Source of the DNA: Eledone cirrhosa
Lineage: Eukaryota
Length of the DNA stretch: 64,000 bases
Assembly: GCA_964016885.1 (NCBI GenBank)
Contig: OZ024743.1
Location: 63,488,001 to 63,552,000 of the forward strand
Reading direction: 5' to 3'
Position 1 is the stretch's first letter, and the number at the start of each line of letters is the position of its first letter. The translations under genes were made by a program, and so were the position numbers. Of the stretch, positions 62,300-64,000 are shown piece by piece. The notes under the pieces are model-generated. The model was not told where the DNA came from and did no database searches. It was given only the letters and a program-made list of their open reading frames with translations.

Positions 62300-62759
62300 T
62301 CATCATCATCATCATCATCAACGTTTAACGTCCGTGTTCCACGCTTGCATGGGTTTGGACGGGGGTAGTCCCACTTGAGGCAAGAGTGATTGTCTTGCTC
62401 GCATAGGACTGTCTGGAAGGTTTTCTACAGTTGGATGCCCTTCCTAACACCAACCACATTTACAGTGTGGGTCTGGGAGGTTTTTACCGTGTTGCCTACA
62501 CGGCCACATTACAGCGTGGACTGTGTGTTTTTTTGTCGTGACACCTACACGATCTCATTTGTTTCGGCCTGGATGGCGCGGCACCAACATAACTTTACAT
62601 AGAACGGGGTGGTGTGGATGGGGTGGGGGTGGTGGCGGGACGGGGTGTATTTTGTTAGAGATGCCTACTGGCAAGGCGGGTCTTCTCTGTTACTGAGTAC
62701 CGCCAAAGGTCTCGGTCCAGTGACATTGTCTTGGAGAGGTGTAAGTGTGTGAGGTCGGA
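62298..62759 (-). mobile_element. RTE family A 3' fragment
   Basis: near-identical to 25798-26286 with a small deletion. Confidence 0.92.
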
Positions 62760-62802
62760 ATATATATATATATATATGCATGTATATATATATATATATA
62801 TG

Positions 62803-62841
<39 letters not shown>

Positions 62842-62842
62842 A

Positions 62843-63967
62843 TGAAAGGAGTAGGCAGAAACTCCATTTTATGTCCCAAATGCAAAGTATGGGTGCATAA
62901 AAGATGTAGTGGGATCACAGGTAAGCTAACTAAGAACATAGATTTTATATATGTGGCCAGTGCTCTGGTGCAATAAGTAGCAGCAAGTGCCCACAGAATA
63001 CTAGCTCATTCCATTGCACAGATGGTTCTATAGAAATAGTGGACACCTTCAGTTACTTGGGTGACAAAATCAGCAGTGGTGGAGGGTGCTCTGAAAGTAC
63101 AGTAGCTAGTGTCAGAACTGGATGGAAAAAGTTCAGAGAGCTTATACCACTATTAGCTGCTAAACGGTTCTCTCTAAAAATGAAAGGCAGGCTGTATGAT
63201 GCCTGCATACGAACAGCAATGTTACATGGCAGTGAGACCTGGGCATTGTGTGCAGAGGATATACGCAGACTGGAGAGAAACGAAGCTTGCATGGTCCGTT
63301 GGATGTGTAATAGTAATATACGTGAACGGCAAAGCATAAACGAACTAAGGGAAAAATTAGAAATATGAGGGATCAGATGTTGTTTACTCGAGAGAAGACT
63401 ACGTTGGTACGGTCACGTGATGCGCATGAAAGACGACAGCTGTATAAAAAAGTGCAGGGCAATAAAAATAGACAGTAGCCACGGAGTAGGCAGACCCAGA
63501 AAAACCTGGGATGACCTGATAAATTCCGACCTCACACACTTACACCTCTCCAAGACAATGTCACTGGACCGAGATCTTTGGCACTACACAGTAATACAGA
63601 AGACCCGCCTTGCCTAAGTACAAAGCGAAACCTACAGTCAGTAGGCACCTCTTAACAAAAATACACCCCGTCCCACTACCCCCACCCCATCCACACCACC
63701 CCTTTCAATGTAAAGTTATGTTGGTACCACAACATCCAGTCCGAAACAAATGAGGTCGTGTAGGTGTCATGACAAAAAAAACACACAGTCCACGCTGTAA
63801 TGTGGCCGTGTAGGTAAAAACCTCCCAGTCCACACTGTAAACGTGGTTGGTGTTAGGAAGGGCATCTAGCCATAGAAAACCCGCCAGACAGTCCTATGCG
63901 AGCAAGACAACCATTCTTGCCTCAAGTGGGAAAACTCCCGTCCAAACCCATGCAAGCATGGAAGATG
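62843..63967 (+). mobile_element. RTE family A 3' fragment
   Basis: from KGVGRNSILC through the ORF end and 3'UTR; frameshifted. Confidence 0.92.
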
Positions 63968-64000
63968 TATATATATATAAATACACAATGATACCTCGCA

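Overview
AT-rich, repeat-saturated eukaryotic (animal) DNA. The repeat make-up (RTE LINEs with (GAT)n tails, tRNA-derived SINEs, dense (TA)n) suggests a coleoid cephalopod such as Octopus, which is an inference. No host protein-coding gene can be called with confidence. Most of the window is RTE-clade LINE copies of several families, including one near-intact 1003-aa APE+RT ORF (44615-47626) that carries a C4HC3 PHD-type finger inserted inside the RT domain. A ~7.1-kb 48-bp satellite (50777-57867) has expanded from the LINE 3'UTR and has higher-order structure. Also present: three Lep1-like non-autonomous Helitrons, a Chapaev3-like transposon, a CRE-like relic, and piggyBac/hAT/TcMar-type MITEs. 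The most interesting hidden signal is a set of minimal type-I hammerhead ribozymes in (TA)n-flanked tandem and fold-back units typical of Penelope-like elements or retrozymes. One ~321-bp family (21.4 kb and 33.1 kb) has a U3-A8 compensated core and a compensatory base-pair change in stem II between its two loci.
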